Below the pieces are notes generated by a model. It saw only the letters and a program-made list of their open reading frames with translations. It did not search any database and was not told the origin of the DNA. From Rhizophagus irregularis (taxonomy: Eukaryota), in NCBI RefSeq assembly GCF_026210795.1, contig NC_089432.1, positions 2,046,001 through 2,110,000 of the forward strand: 64,000 nt of DNA. The letters run 5' to 3'. Shown here piece by piece: positions 27,741 to 40,774 of the stretch. Every line of letters starts with the position of its first letter. Position 1 is the first letter of the stretch. Position numbers and translations under genes: made by a program.

Positions 27741-29180
27741 TTAAATCCATTCCAGTTTTTCACTTATATTTCCATCAAAACCAATGAAATAATTTTTAAT
27801 TATTCCTTTCGCTTTATATGGTTCGATTAAATCTTCTAATTGTTGCTTCTCTTTCAAACTCATAGAAGTACATATTTTTAATAACATAGGATTTCTATCT
27901 TTCCAATTATCTAAAAATAATTTTATATGATTTAATTCAATTATCTTATTAGAAAAAAATTTAAAATCAAATAAATTAATTGAAGAAGATTTAGCTAACA
28001 TTACAAATAATTTATCCCAACCAAATAATTGAGAATCAGTAACATCAATAATTAATTCATTTAAAAATTTACAATTAATTAATAAATTATCAAGTTCTGA
28101 AATAAGTGAATTGTCATAAAAAACTAATGATAATTTAAGATATCTTAGATTTGGACAATTTTGATAAATAGTTTGAATAAGTCTTTTATCTCCACTAACA
28201 TTAAAAACAACACAATATATGCTAATTTCAGAAAGATGTATTTTCGTGCTTTCAATTAAATTTGCTAAAACATCAGGTGGAACTCCATGACCCTTTATAT
28301 TTTTAATAATTTGAAATGATCTAAATTTAGATAATTCACCAAAATTTTTATTGTATGGTAAATCAATTTCAAAACTTAATAAATTTACAAGGTATGAAAG
28401 AATCCTTGTATAAGGTAACCAATCCATTCTCAAATATTGGATAGTATCTGCATGTTTAATTAATGATTCTTCAAGAGATTTGTGTAATGATTTATTCATT
28501 CTTGTTAAATCGATGAAACTTACGTCATTTAGTTTTTCTTGTACTTCAATTAATTTAATGATTCCAGAAATATTATCAATAATCACATTTTGATTATTAA
28601 TAATTCTTAATCTTTTGATTGATTTACATGTTCTAGCTAATAATTCTAGAATATTCTGACTGATTTTACAATAAATGGATAATGATTCAATTTCTGAAAA
28701 ACAATGTTCCACCCCTAGAATATAATGTAATTGATAATTAAAATTTCTTGGAATTGAAAGATGAAGAAATTTTGTATTTCCATTAATAAATAATTTTAAT
28801 ATCTCATTCCTTATTGTTATAGTAGACATAATACTTTTTTGAGAAATGAGAGTTATTATATTTTCTATAAGAAAGAAATTTAAATATTTCCAGAAACTAA
28901 TATAATTAAATAAAGGTCGTTGACTTGTTTCTGTAATAAGATCATCAATTACTTGTTTTTTCAATAAATTTCTTGATTCTTTTGATAAATGTGAAAATAT
29001 TACATTAAATAATATTTTTTTTGAATTATTGGTCATAAAATATTGACCAGGATTTCTCCATAAAATTGATACCGCAGTTATACACCAAGTTTTATTAACC
29101 AAAAGACATGAATAAATGGATTTTTTATCATTTAAATCTTCCAATATTTGGAAAAGGACGTCTTCGTTGAGATACACCAT
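27741..29180 (-). CDS. F-box protein with leucine-rich, RNI-like C-terminal region (intronless, 479 aa)
   Basis: N-terminal LNEDVLFQILEDL..KKSIYSCLLVNKTWC...LWRNP is F-box-like; the C-terminus has NCPNLRYLKL LRR-like segments. Confidence 0.85.
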   Translation of the reverse strand: MVYLNEDVLFQILEDLNDKKSIYSCLLVNKTWCITAVSILWRNPGQYFMTNNSKKILFNVIFSHLSKESRNLLKKQVIDDLITETSQRPLFNYISFWKYLNFFLIENIITLISQKSIMSTITIRNEILKLFINGNTKFLHLSIPRNFNYQLHYILGVEHCFSEIESLSIYCKISQNILELLARTCKSIKRLRIINNQNVIIDNISGIIKLIEVQEKLNDVSFIDLTRMNKSLHKSLEESLIKHADTIQYLRMDWLPYTRILSYLVNLLSFEIDLPYNKNFGELSKFRSFQIIKNIKGHGVPPDVLANLIESTKIHLSEISIYCVVFNVSGDKRLIQTIYQNCPNLRYLKLSLVFYDNSLISELDNLLINCKFLNELIIDVTDSQLFGWDKLFVMLAKSSSINLFDFKFFSNKIIELNHIKLFLDNWKDRNPMLLKICTSMSLKEKQQLEDLIEPYKAKGIIKNYFIGFDGNISEKLEWI

Positions 29181-31029
29181 TTTTTCTTTATTATTTTTTT
29201 TTAGAAAAAAAAAAATTAAAAAAATTTGCTATATGTATATATTTATCATATTTCGTGTAACAAATATTACGTTTCATGTTATGGACCACATAGACTGGGT
29301 ACCGTTGATCTTAATCATGTAAATTAAATACTATTCCACACTTCATCTCTTATTTAGGGTATGAATTACTATGTATGGAGTGTTTTTTTTATCGAGATAA
29401 ATCATCTTTTATTAATTAAAAATTTAGCACCACATACATATTAGATTCAAATAACTCCGCTTTTTGGATATATTATGTTTATTAAATGTACACTTTACGT
29501 ATTCTATGATTGTAAATTTATAGTTTTTATTAATGTTTGCGATACAGATCTGCAAAACATGAGATCTGCAAATTAAACATACGCGGGACAGAATCTCATG
29601 CGCTATAATATGTCATCATCCTGTATCATGCACAATACAATTAATACAATTTAAATATTTACCAATTAGTGTTACTAGCGGACCGCTTCGATCCGACTTA
29701 AAGCTAAAGCCGCCAACCCGCTAAAAAAAACTCGATCGAACTGCATCGATTGAAACTTGAAAGTAAAGTACAAGCGTGAAGCAACCGATAGAGCTAATGG
29801 GACAGATCAATCACCAATGGAGTCCGATTAGACTGTGGTTCAACTGATAGTGATTCTTATTTATATATTAACATGTGATTTATTATATGTATTGTTTTGT
29901 TACAATAATAGAAATTTTTTTTAATGATTAAGTGATTTAAAAAACGATTATATTAAGATTTATCACCTTATTACACTAAAAAACCAATTTATTAATTAGA
30001 ACCTTTTTTTTTTTTTTTTTTACGCTATTTTTAAGTTTTACCATCTACCAATCAGCTACATCAACCTCCCATCGAATTAATTTTTTCAAGTCGAACGAAC
30101 CAAAAGACCATTCAGATCCAGTTTAGTTCGAAATACGTTCAATTAAACAATTTTCTAACATATATTTCGATTTCCAATAAAGACATAACGTCAGTTGCAT
30201 GGTAAAATATCTAAGACACACTATTATAAATTAAATTTATTTATTTATATGATATATTGAAAATATTCTTTACTTAAAGGCTTGTAAATTGCAATCAGTA
30301 AATATTAATCAATAAATAATTATTTAAGTTTATAATAATTATATGCTAATTTCTATAATATAAACCTAAATCAATGTTTAAACAAAGTATTACAAAATTA
30401 AAAATTTATTTTAAAAATTCCATATCATTGTTCTGCGGCTTTTATACTTTTTCGAATTTGTCGTGGCGCATCATTTTTTGAAACAAGATTATGCATAATG
30501 ATCTATTAGGTTAGTGTCAAATTGATAAATCATGGCAATGTACTCTTTATGTGTATTGATATCCCGTGTTGATTTCCGAATTCTTTTTAGATCGTCTTCT
30601 AATGATTAATCATTAATGTAATGGGCTTTTCTTTTTCTGGCAATTTCCTTCGCTGCAGTTCTTCGGAATTTTCTGCAGAAGAAGCCATCTTGTGAAAGGT
30701 CATCTGTTATATTCAATGTCAGTTTAATAATAATAAAATAATCATACTATATGTTTTCTTCCCAATTTTGTTTCCGGTCGAGCTGTTACAGTACGTTGAA
30801 GTCATTAAAATATCTTGTATGAAAGCCAGCTTTACAGAATTAAGATTACGTCACTTTTTTACTAGATCTGTTTAGTTGCCATATTTGGGATTGTCATTAT
30901 GCTAACAGCTAGCCCAAATAACCCAAAAAGCTACTGTATGGGGATCATCTGATTCACGTATATAAAGTAAACATTTTACACGGAGTTTTTTATTTCTACT
31001 TTTTCTCACATCATTGACCATCATCAAAA

Positions 31030-33753
31030 ATGCAAGCTAATACTAACAATTCAAATGAATGGATTAACTGGATTGAAGAAGCTTCTTCAAAAAAACTTAT
31101 TAGACATTTTGAACATAATCGTTTTTATAACTTTCAAGATGTTTGTGACGGAAGATATGGGAAGGTTTATCGTGCAAATTGGAAAAATTTTCACGAAAGT
31201 TTTGCATTAAAAACTTTTTATGATTTTAATGAAATTACAATTAAAGAAATTGTTCATGAAGTACTAAATCATAATAATTATAATGCGTTTATTAATTAAA
31301 TATATTCAAGTTTCTAATTTATTCTTATAATTTAGATACAACTTCAAAACAAAATCGCTATTAACGAAAATATTATTAGATTTTATGGCATCACGAAAGG
31401 TATATTATTTTATTTACTTTGTATATATATAACGGCATTTATATATCATCGATGATTTAATATATTCTAATCGTGAATCTGAATCAATTAATTGTTTTCT
31501 TTCTTTTAATAAGAAAATGATTCGAAAAATTATATATTGGTAATGGAATATGCCGATAGTGGTACCCTTCAAAATTATTTGAAAGAAAATTTCGAAAGAC
31601 TCACTTGGGATGACAAATTAAATTTGGCATTTCAATTATCTTGTGGTGTATCTTGTTTACATGATGAAGAAATTATCCATCATGATTTGGTAATTATTAC
31701 GATTATCTTATATCATTGTTTGATGATATTTATATCTTACGTAATTATTTATTTATATGTTAATAATAGCATCCTAAAAATATATTGATTCATCAAAATA
31801 CTCTAAAATTAGCCGATCTTGGTTTGACAAAGAGAATTAATGAAGCATCTAATTTTCAATCATTTGGAACAGTTCCTTATATTGATCCAAAGAGTTTTGT
31901 TAGAAGACGAAAAAATGGAAAAAATGAAGATAATCAAACACAAATATATTCGTTAAACGAAAAAAGTGATGTTTACAGTGTGGGTGTGATATTGTGGGAA
32001 ATATCCAGCGGACGTTCTCCTTTTGTTGATAAAATACCTTATGATATCATTTTGGTAAATGAAATTTTAGGGGGTCTTCGAGAGACTCCTGTTGCAGATA
32101 CACCCAAAGATTATATAAAAATTTATACTAGTAAATATTCAAACTCAATTATGCATTGTATGATTAAATTGGTTTAATTTACTAATCGATTAAATTGTGC
32201 ATATTTTTTTAGGTTGTTGGGACATCGAACCAGATAATCGACCAACTATCAATCAAGTTATTTCAGTCATTACGGACATTATAAATATTATTACGAAAAA
32301 TGATGAAATTTCTAACGATGACGATGTTGAAATGAAAGAGATTTCCGATGATGATAATGTTGAAATAAATGAAATTTCTAATGATGATAATATTGAAATA
32401 ATTGATGTGAATTATGATATAGGTAATCAAATGGTTGACGTGAATTATGATATGGATTACGAGATGGTTGACGTGAATTATGAAATGGTTGACGAAATGG
32501 TTGACGTAAATTATGAGAATGACGTAAATTATGAGAATCATGACATAACTGAGGATATCGAAGACCGTGAAGTAGTGGTTGATGATGATCACGTTGACGA
32601 AATAATTGATCGTCTCAGTAATGTAAAAGAAAATGAAGAAAAACAATGTATTCTTGATTATCTCAATAATAATAAGATAACAATACAAAAAATATATGAT
32701 TTTATATCAAGTAATCAAAATAATTCAAATTCAATTGTTTTACTTGGAAAATTTAATTTTTTAGGAATTGAAACAGAAATTAATGAACAAAAAGCTTATG
32801 AATTATATCAAAATGCTGTAAATTTAGATAATAATGTATATGGAATAAATTATTTAGCTCATTGTTATGAGAATGGAATTGGAGTTAGTGAAGATAAGCA
32901 AAAGGCGTTTGAGTTATATCAGATGGCTGCAACTCGGGGAAGTGCATCTGGAAAATGTAATTTAGCATATTGTTATGATAACGGAATTGGGACTAGCATT
33001 AATAAAAATAAGGCGTTTCAGTTGTATAAAGAGGCTAAGAGAATAGGACATAGTATAGCGCAATATAATCTTGGCATATGTTATGAAGAGGGAAACGGTG
33101 TTGATAAAGATCATAATACTGCTTTTGAATTATATAAAGAATTAGCCGAAGACAAATATCCCGATGGAATAGAGCGTTTAGGATATTGTTATCAACATGG
33201 AATTGGGACTAGTATTGATGAGAGAAAGGCGTTTGAATCATATCAGGATGCAGAAAGTTTAGGAAGTATATCGGGGATGACCATGTTAGCAACTTGCTTC
33301 CATGATGGAATTGGAACTAGAATTAACATGAAGAGGGCTTTTAGACTATTTGAGAAGGCTGCGAATTCTGAATATAAAGAAGCTCAATTTTGTCTCGCTT
33401 GTATATATGATAAAGGGGATGGCGTTAGTAAAGATAACAAGAAAGCTTTTGAATTATTTAAAAAATTGGATGAAAGTGAACATCCAGATGCGATTTGTTA
33501 TTTGGCACATTATTATCTAAATGGAATCGAAACCAGTGTTGATAAGAGAAAGGCATTTGAACTATATCAAAAATCAGCGAATTTAGGTAGTTGGACAGCC
33601 CAATATATGCTTGCCACTATGTATGAAAATGGAGTTGAAACCGTAAAAAATATGGATAAAGCAATATATTGGTATAAAAAATCTGCGGAACAAGGAGATG
33701 AAAATGCTCGAAGTAGATTAGAATCTTTAGAAGTTAATAATGACTTTATTTAA
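31030..33753 (+). CDS. Kinase-Sel1 protein 4: acidic repeat linker, 9 Sel1 repeats
   Basis: Exons 31030-31260, 31336-31399, 31514-31689, 31770-32130 and 32213-33753. Motifs: CDGRYGKV, FALK, HHDLHPKN, ADLG. Confidence 0.9.
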
Positions 33754-34308
33754 ACGTTATTGTTGGATTTAGATTTATTAACTAGCTGAATTCATGAATT
33801 TAAATTATATACACGTACATTTATGCAGATTTTATTTAAACTTTACCGAACAATTAGGTTAATTCTCTAGAGGCCTTCTGATTAGAGTATAAACCAAAAT
33901 AACATTAATTAATAGTCTTTTAAAATAAAAGAACATTCTAGATATGTCTTTTTTCTAAAAAATTACCATTTTTATATTACATAAAGTATGTTTTGTATTT
34001 TGTGCATAAGCATAATGGTTTAGAATCAAATATATATTACTTTAAACGCGCGAAATTTTTTATTCTCACAGCGGCAAAATAATACCAAAGTGCAAACCAA
34101 TACTAACTATTCAAATGAATACGTTATTAAAATTTAATTGTAACTTTTGCAACATTAAGAAAATTTGTTCCTGAAGCTTTGAGAAATTCTATTGTGCGAA
34201 TTTAATATAAAATTATAAAATTTTAAAGGACATTTTGTATTGAATAATCTTGATAAAGTCATTGCAAAAAAACAACGATCATGAGGTATTTATAATGTAA
34301 TATTATAT

Positions 34309-34497
34309 TAGAGCTAGAGTTGTATTTATTTTTGAAATTTGCGCGATGTCGTAACGTATGTTACAACGTTGTATTGTCGTATTATAATAATATAACAGCA
34401 TTTTTTTAATATATAATTAGAAGAAATTAATCTTGTGTATTAGTTGCAACATGCGTTACAACGTTGTATTGTAGTAATTCCGTCATCCTCAACTCTA
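34309..34497. mobile_element. Small hAT-like MITE candidate
   Basis: TAGAG(CTAGAG)TTG...CAACTCTA ends. Flanks TATTATAT/CATTATAT match 7 of 8. Internal direct repeat GTTACAACGTTGTATTGT. Confidence 0.4.
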
Positions 34498-36361
34498 CAT
34501 TATATTACGTTCCTACTAACTAGGATAATGTTATCAAGGATTTTATGTTAATAAAAAAAATGCATTTACATTTTATTAAAAGGTTGCAAATTTGAAACCA
34601 CTGTAATAACTCAGTACAGTTATGTAAAAAATGAAGAAGTTATAGAAAATATTAATTTAAGTAATTTTTGGGTGTATAGAATCTGCAGTGTAAGGAGATC
34701 AAGATATTCGAGATAGAACAGAAAAACTTTTATGATTGTATTGAAGGAACGCATACGTGAGCGAATAATGCGAAAGTATCATTAAAAGAATAATAGTAAG
34801 CATGTAAAACAACCTTGTTCTATATCGGTAAGCATAGATCGATCAAGTTCATGTTTAGGAAAGCACCGAAGGTAAAACTGAATCATCAAATGTGCAAAGT
34901 TAGACGGTATTTCTCAATTTATTCTTTTAATAATTTACTTTAAAGAATTAATTAATTAATTAATTACAAACTTACAAATATATTTATGTGATAACCGCTA
35001 AAATCAAATCGGTTTCCAATCGTCGGTTCTGTATATTAAAAAAAGCCGATAAAAAATCGATCGGTTAATTGTATTTGTTTAATATATTTTAAAATAATTA
35101 CCTTTTTTTTTTAATCAAGAATCCTTATTTACACGTATAGTAATTCTCATTTTTGAAATGAAATTATGCAAATACAATTTTTGCTCGTTGATCACGTGAT
35201 TTTTCGCATCACATAATCGTTAAATGTTAAAGGACATGATTAAAAAAAATTACAATCAATTTATTTTATTCCGTTTTGTGGACGGATTTGACGATATGTG
35301 CGTGTAGATTCGTACTATATTTAACTTAAATTAATCATGCCTGTGGAAACTTTCACTTGATAATAAGAAAAAGAAGTCAAACACGGATATAGATCTGTCA
35401 TAACAGTATATTTACAGTGAAATTACATCATTTTATTTTAGATAAAACAACTGATCAGAGTAGTTAGTAATAAAAAGAATGAAGGATGTGATAATCTGAA
35501 TTCTAAATAATAGTGTACCTTTAAATTTCGTTTACCGTATTAGTACATTTGAAATACATTGATGTTTAAATTTCCGTTCCGTTAGTCAGTTGATGTTAAA
35601 TTCTTTAAAAATAGGCTAAGATGTGAATTTAAAATGTGACATGATAATGCTTAAACGTACTTTTTAGTAAAAGAAAGTAAAAAAGTGTAATTTTAACGAT
35701 GTGTAATTCTTGATATACTGTATTTGTCTGGAGCGATGTACTGGCAAAAAATAAGTATTGCGTGAATAATGTGAATATTTTCATCGATAAACTTCAATAC
35801 TTCAATATCTACTGATAAGTTTGAAAAAATCACCTTGTCCAGTAAAAATGTTATCCTCCATAATTGTATTATTATATGTCACTCGAAATTTTTTTTGTAT
35901 AATTAATGTGTTCACAATCAATATTTTATCGGGGTGAACCGATTTTTACCCGTCTAATTATTATAATTTATATTTACTCCTCTCGCTCCGGGCTTACAAT
36001 TGTTCATCTCTTAGCATATTTCAAAATATACTGTTTTGTATTTAAAGAAAAGAGATGTTATAGGTAAACAAAATGAACGATCTTAATTATCCAAACAAAC
36101 CATACAATTTAATCTTTTAATTAAAAAAACTATTTTATCTTTAATTTCAGTAATTGCTTAAAAGCTCGCGTCATCACGCTATTGTCACGAAATAAATACA
36201 TTTTTTGATTCAATAAAATTGTTTTACGGTTATTGAACGTACTTAAGATTATTTTTATTTATAAGCTTGTTAACCAATATATTTGGATTAATTCGGAAAA
36301 TTACATATGAAGAGAAAAAATTTTACTTGTAATATAACAAATTTTATACAAATTTGATTAC

Positions 36362-38362
36362 TTATCCTAAAAGTTCTAATTTGTTTAATTCGTTTTTAGA
36401 TTCTTGATCTCCTTGTAATGCAGCTTTTTTATACCAATAAATTGCTTTATCCACATTTTTCACAGTTCCTTTTCCTTCTTCATACATAGAAGCAAGATTA
36501 TATTGGGCTATCCAATTTCCTAATTCTGCGGCTCTTTTATATAATGTAAATGCCTCTTTTTCGTCAACATTAGTTCCGATTCCACATAGATAACAACGGC
36601 CTAAATCATTCATTCCAGACATATTTCCTAAATTTGCTGCTTTCTGATATAACTCAAATGCCTTGTTTTTATTAATTCTTATTCCAATTCCAGCTTCATA
36701 ACAACATCCTAAATTATTTATACCAGTTGTACTTCCTAAATTTGCAGCTTCTTGATATAATTCAAATGCCTTTTTTCTATTAATCTTAGTTCCAATTCCA
36801 TACTGATAAAATTGTCCTAAATTATTTAGTCCAGATATATTTCCTAAATCTGCAGCTTTTTGATATAACTCAAGTGCTTTTGATTTATTAACATTTGTTC
36901 CAATTCCTAAATATAAAAATGTTCCAAGTAAAACAATAGAATTCGAATCGTCTTGATTATTTGATATGAAATCATATATTTCTTGTGAAGTTATATTACG
37001 TTCATCAAGATAATCAAGAATTTTTCGTTTTTCATTTTCTTTTGTTTCTAATATCATACTAAAATGATCAACTATTTTAGCTACAATTAGGTTAAAATTA
37101 GGTGGTGAAATTGATATATTCATCATCTTATTATTAAATTCTTTTAAATTAGAAATCACCTCTTTTATAGTTGGACGTTTATCTGGATCACCGTTCCAAC
37201 AATCTAATATATGAAATAACAAATTTTAAAGAAAATTATTTTTCTTAATCAATTAGAGCTATTATAACAAAATAAGTTTAAATGTAACTTTACCAGAATA
37301 AATTTTTACGTAATCTTTGGGCGCATTTAAAACTGGTATCTCTCTGCAACCTTCTAAAATTTCATTAATCAAGTCAAGATCAAATTGATCATCACAAAAA
37401 GGAGGACGACCAGTAGATATTTCCCATAACAATACTCCAATACTGTAAACATCACTTTTTTCATCTAATGAATATACTTGTATTTGATTATTTTCGTTTC
37501 TTTGTCTATCAAAACTCTTGGGATCAATGTAAGGAAGCGTTTCAAATGACTTTGATTGAAGACCGAATACTTTTTCAATTCTTCTTGTCAAGCCAAGATC
37601 CGCTAATTTGAGGGTATCTTGATGAATCAATATATTGTTTGAGTGCTATTATTTATTAAATTCGATAAATAATAGAGTTAAAATTATTGAATGAATCATA
37701 AAAATCTTTATAGTATACGTTTATTACCAAATCATGATGTACAATTTCTTCATCATGTAAGCATGATACGACATAAGATAATTGAAAAGCCAAATTAAAT
37801 TTATTATCCCAAGTAAGTTTATAATAATTTTTTTTTAAATATTCTCTGAGAGTTCCATCTTCTGCATATTCCATTACCAATGAATAACTTTTCGATAGAT
37901 TATTTTTATTACCCACTAATATATATATAAAAAAAAAATTACTGTGGGCCTTACAATTTACAAAGTTAATTATGAATATTATTAAATATTACCTTTTGTA
38001 ATACCGTATAAATGAATTATATTCTTGTGAAAATTGACCTTACGTTGTAATGTAATCTAAGACCATTTTAAAATTTTTAATTTTGATATATTATGTTAAC
38101 AATAATCAAACCAATTTAAATTATAATATACCTCATTAACAATTTCTTCAGCTATTATTTTATTGAAATTATAAAAAGTTCTCAACGTAAAAGTTTTACG
38201 CAAATTTTTCCAACTCGCACGATAGACTTTTCCAAAACCACCGGAACTGATTTCTTTTATGTTATGAAAGTATTTAAAATCATAGTATTTAATAAGATCT
38301 TTAGAAATGGCATCTTCAATCCAATCGATCCACTCGTTTGAATTGACAGTATTTTTTTGCAT
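36362..38362 (-). CDS. Kinase-Sel1 protein 5: 5 Sel1 repeats, beta3 Lys replaced by Arg
   Basis: Exons 38362-38132, 38056-37993, 37915-37728, 37645-37294 and 37203-36362. Motifs: SSGGFGKV, FTLRTF, HHDLHSNN, ADLG. Confidence 0.9.
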
Positions 38363-39167
38363 TTTGAAGTTATTTGAAGAAGATGGGTTGGGTAAGAATG
38401 CTTATTATATAGTTTCAGCATATTTTAATCCAAAATTAACTACCGGAATTAGTTACCATTTAAAGTTGATTTTACAATAAATGTTTTTTTTTCGTACTTG
38501 TAAGTACAAGAATTTGTGGTTACAAAATGAACGTGTCAGGACACGAACATGTTTTTCTTTTACGCCAAATTTAGACTTCTAAGGAATTTTACTAAATTTG
38601 GTAAGTCTGAGAAAAAACTATTCATAGTCATAATCATAATATTAATAGAAAAAATGATGGATGATTCATTTTTACGTAGCACGTTTTTAGCACAATCAAC
38701 TTAATAAAAGCGGTAACTATATTCCATAAAACCGTATTTGATTGTTTTATTCCGTGGGTTTTCAGTAAAAGCAGCAATGCAGCATACTCATGAATTAATA
38801 GATTTTGTCGATCATTACAAGTTTATCAATAACAAATACATCATGACTATTACTAAAAAAAAAAGTAATCGAAAATCCGACTTCCAATTAATTAATTTAA
38901 GCTATACAATTTAATTTTAATTATTTGTTTTACATTATATAAGGGATCATGTTCTAAAGTAATTGGTGTAAAAAAAAGCATTATCATATGCGCGTGGTTC
39001 AACTGCGGTACAGTATAAAAAATAATATTTAAAATATCACAAACTTTTTCAATTACGATAATGAAACTCGTACAATAGTATAAACTGTAAAATTGATAAT
39101 AAAAACAGAATCTAAGTTTTACTAGTTGAACGAAAATCAGGTTTCAAAAATAAAAAAAGTTATATCC

Positions 39168-39405
39168 AGGACCCAGAAATATATATATAGGAGTCAGGTG
39201 ATGAAAAAAAATTTTTATTATGAGCTGTACGCATTTTTTCAGGGCCGGAATTATGATAATGTCAGTCAGTTATTATAATAGGAAATAAAATTCTGACTGG
39301 TATTATTATTAAAAAATTATCTAAAAAGGAAAGATTTTCATGATTTTTTTTAATTCAAAATACGCAAACTCAAACCTGACCCTTTTATATATATTTCTGG
39401 ATCCT
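39168..39405. mobile_element. MITE (~240 bp)
   Basis: CCAGAAATATATATATAGGAGTCAGGT is mirrored by ACCTGACCCTTTTATATATATTTCTGG. A diverged second copy lies near 47890. Confidence 0.65.
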
Positions 39406-40297
39406 TCTGGAAATACAAGAAAAAAGAATTAAAAAAATTAGAAAAAAGTTTAAAGTCGATTATTTAAAGAATTAAATTAACCTTTTAATACTCCCTTATA
39501 ATACTAAATAAATCATAATAATTAACGTTATCCTTTTCGAGTGTAGGTAGTACCTCTGCTTGCTTTAGAAAGGCAGAATATTACAATGTGCCATAATTGC
39601 ATAAGAAAGCTAGTAAGGGAGACAATTAACTATTTTCAAGACGATTTGGTCATGTCCAGCACACCCTACAGAATTTACAAATTTTTTTAGTCACCATCTC
39701 CTCATACCATATGAAGTTTACCTTATGCCTATGCTAAGCAGGGAACCCCAGGACATCTATGTGGCCATCATAGAATCTATGGCAAATGGTCTCATATAGT
39801 ATTCAATAACAACAATTAAGTGTATGCCATGACATAGAAATATGTGTCATTTCCACGGATATGGATCGACTTGGGGATCACCTATGTGCGTGGCATTATT
39901 GTAGCTACGACTTGTGCACAAAACAGATGACTACATAGCCAGTAGCAAATGGTACGTACTACTAGCACATAAACCTGTCAACCATAACAGTCCACCATCC
40001 GGAAGACTTTCAGCGATCCCTCCCCCGGTGAACACGTACTCAGCCGCGTCTGGGCGAAGATATAGTTGAGTATTTGGGTGAAGTATTTGGGTAATCTCAA
40101 GTAGTTGAAAAAAAGGAGGTAAGGTCTTTTTATATATTTTTTTGTAGTACAAACTTTTTTACAAATTATGTAATTTGCAATGACTCATTACTGCACTACG
40201 CCTCAATCAATCACAATATTCAACATAGCGATCAATCTATCTAAATTGTCGCTTATGTCGCGTAACTTTTTACAAAAATGTCGCATATTAATATATA

Positions 40298-40432
40298 CAG
40301 TCAAACTCTGATATAACGATATCATATGAAGATCATTGAAATTCCGATATATCAAATTATACCGATATTTACTCTCATATAGTGGGAAAGTAAAATTTAA
40401 TATATATCGTATCGAATATCAGGTCTTGACTA
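40298..40432. mobile_element. pogo-like MITE remnant
   Basis: TA|CAGTCAAACTCTGATATAACGA...TCGAATATCAGGTCTTGACT imperfect TIRs. A similar left end is at ~48346. Confidence 0.45.
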
Positions 40433-40774
40433 TATTAATAACATTTCCGTTTATTTCTGGTTAACAGTACTATTATTTTTAAAAAAAATTCTTAATTAAA
40501 CATATACAAATTATTTAAGACGTGTTGACATAGCTAAAAAAAGAGTTTCAATATTACCGATCGTTCCTATTACTTAGGTCATCGCAATATTATATATTGC
40601 TTATCATTACTGCAAAAACACTTGAAAAAGTAATAATTGGGTGTCGGAGAATTATTACTCCAAATCTGATCTCAGTCGTGCAAATTTAAAACCAGGTAAA
40701 TTCTAAATATAGATTTAAACTTTTTCAACTCCTCCATTTTCCTTTCCTAAAATTCTTCTATTATATACTACGAT

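Noticed and set aside
32263..32688. 141-aa Ile/Asn/His-rich minus-strand ORF (also 17227-17409 and 24638-24835)
   Set aside because: Antisense to real exons; the composition mirrors the sense codons.
39540..40152. GC-richer segment with a 73-aa ORF
   Set aside because: No recognisable motif; probably a decayed repeat, but unsupported.
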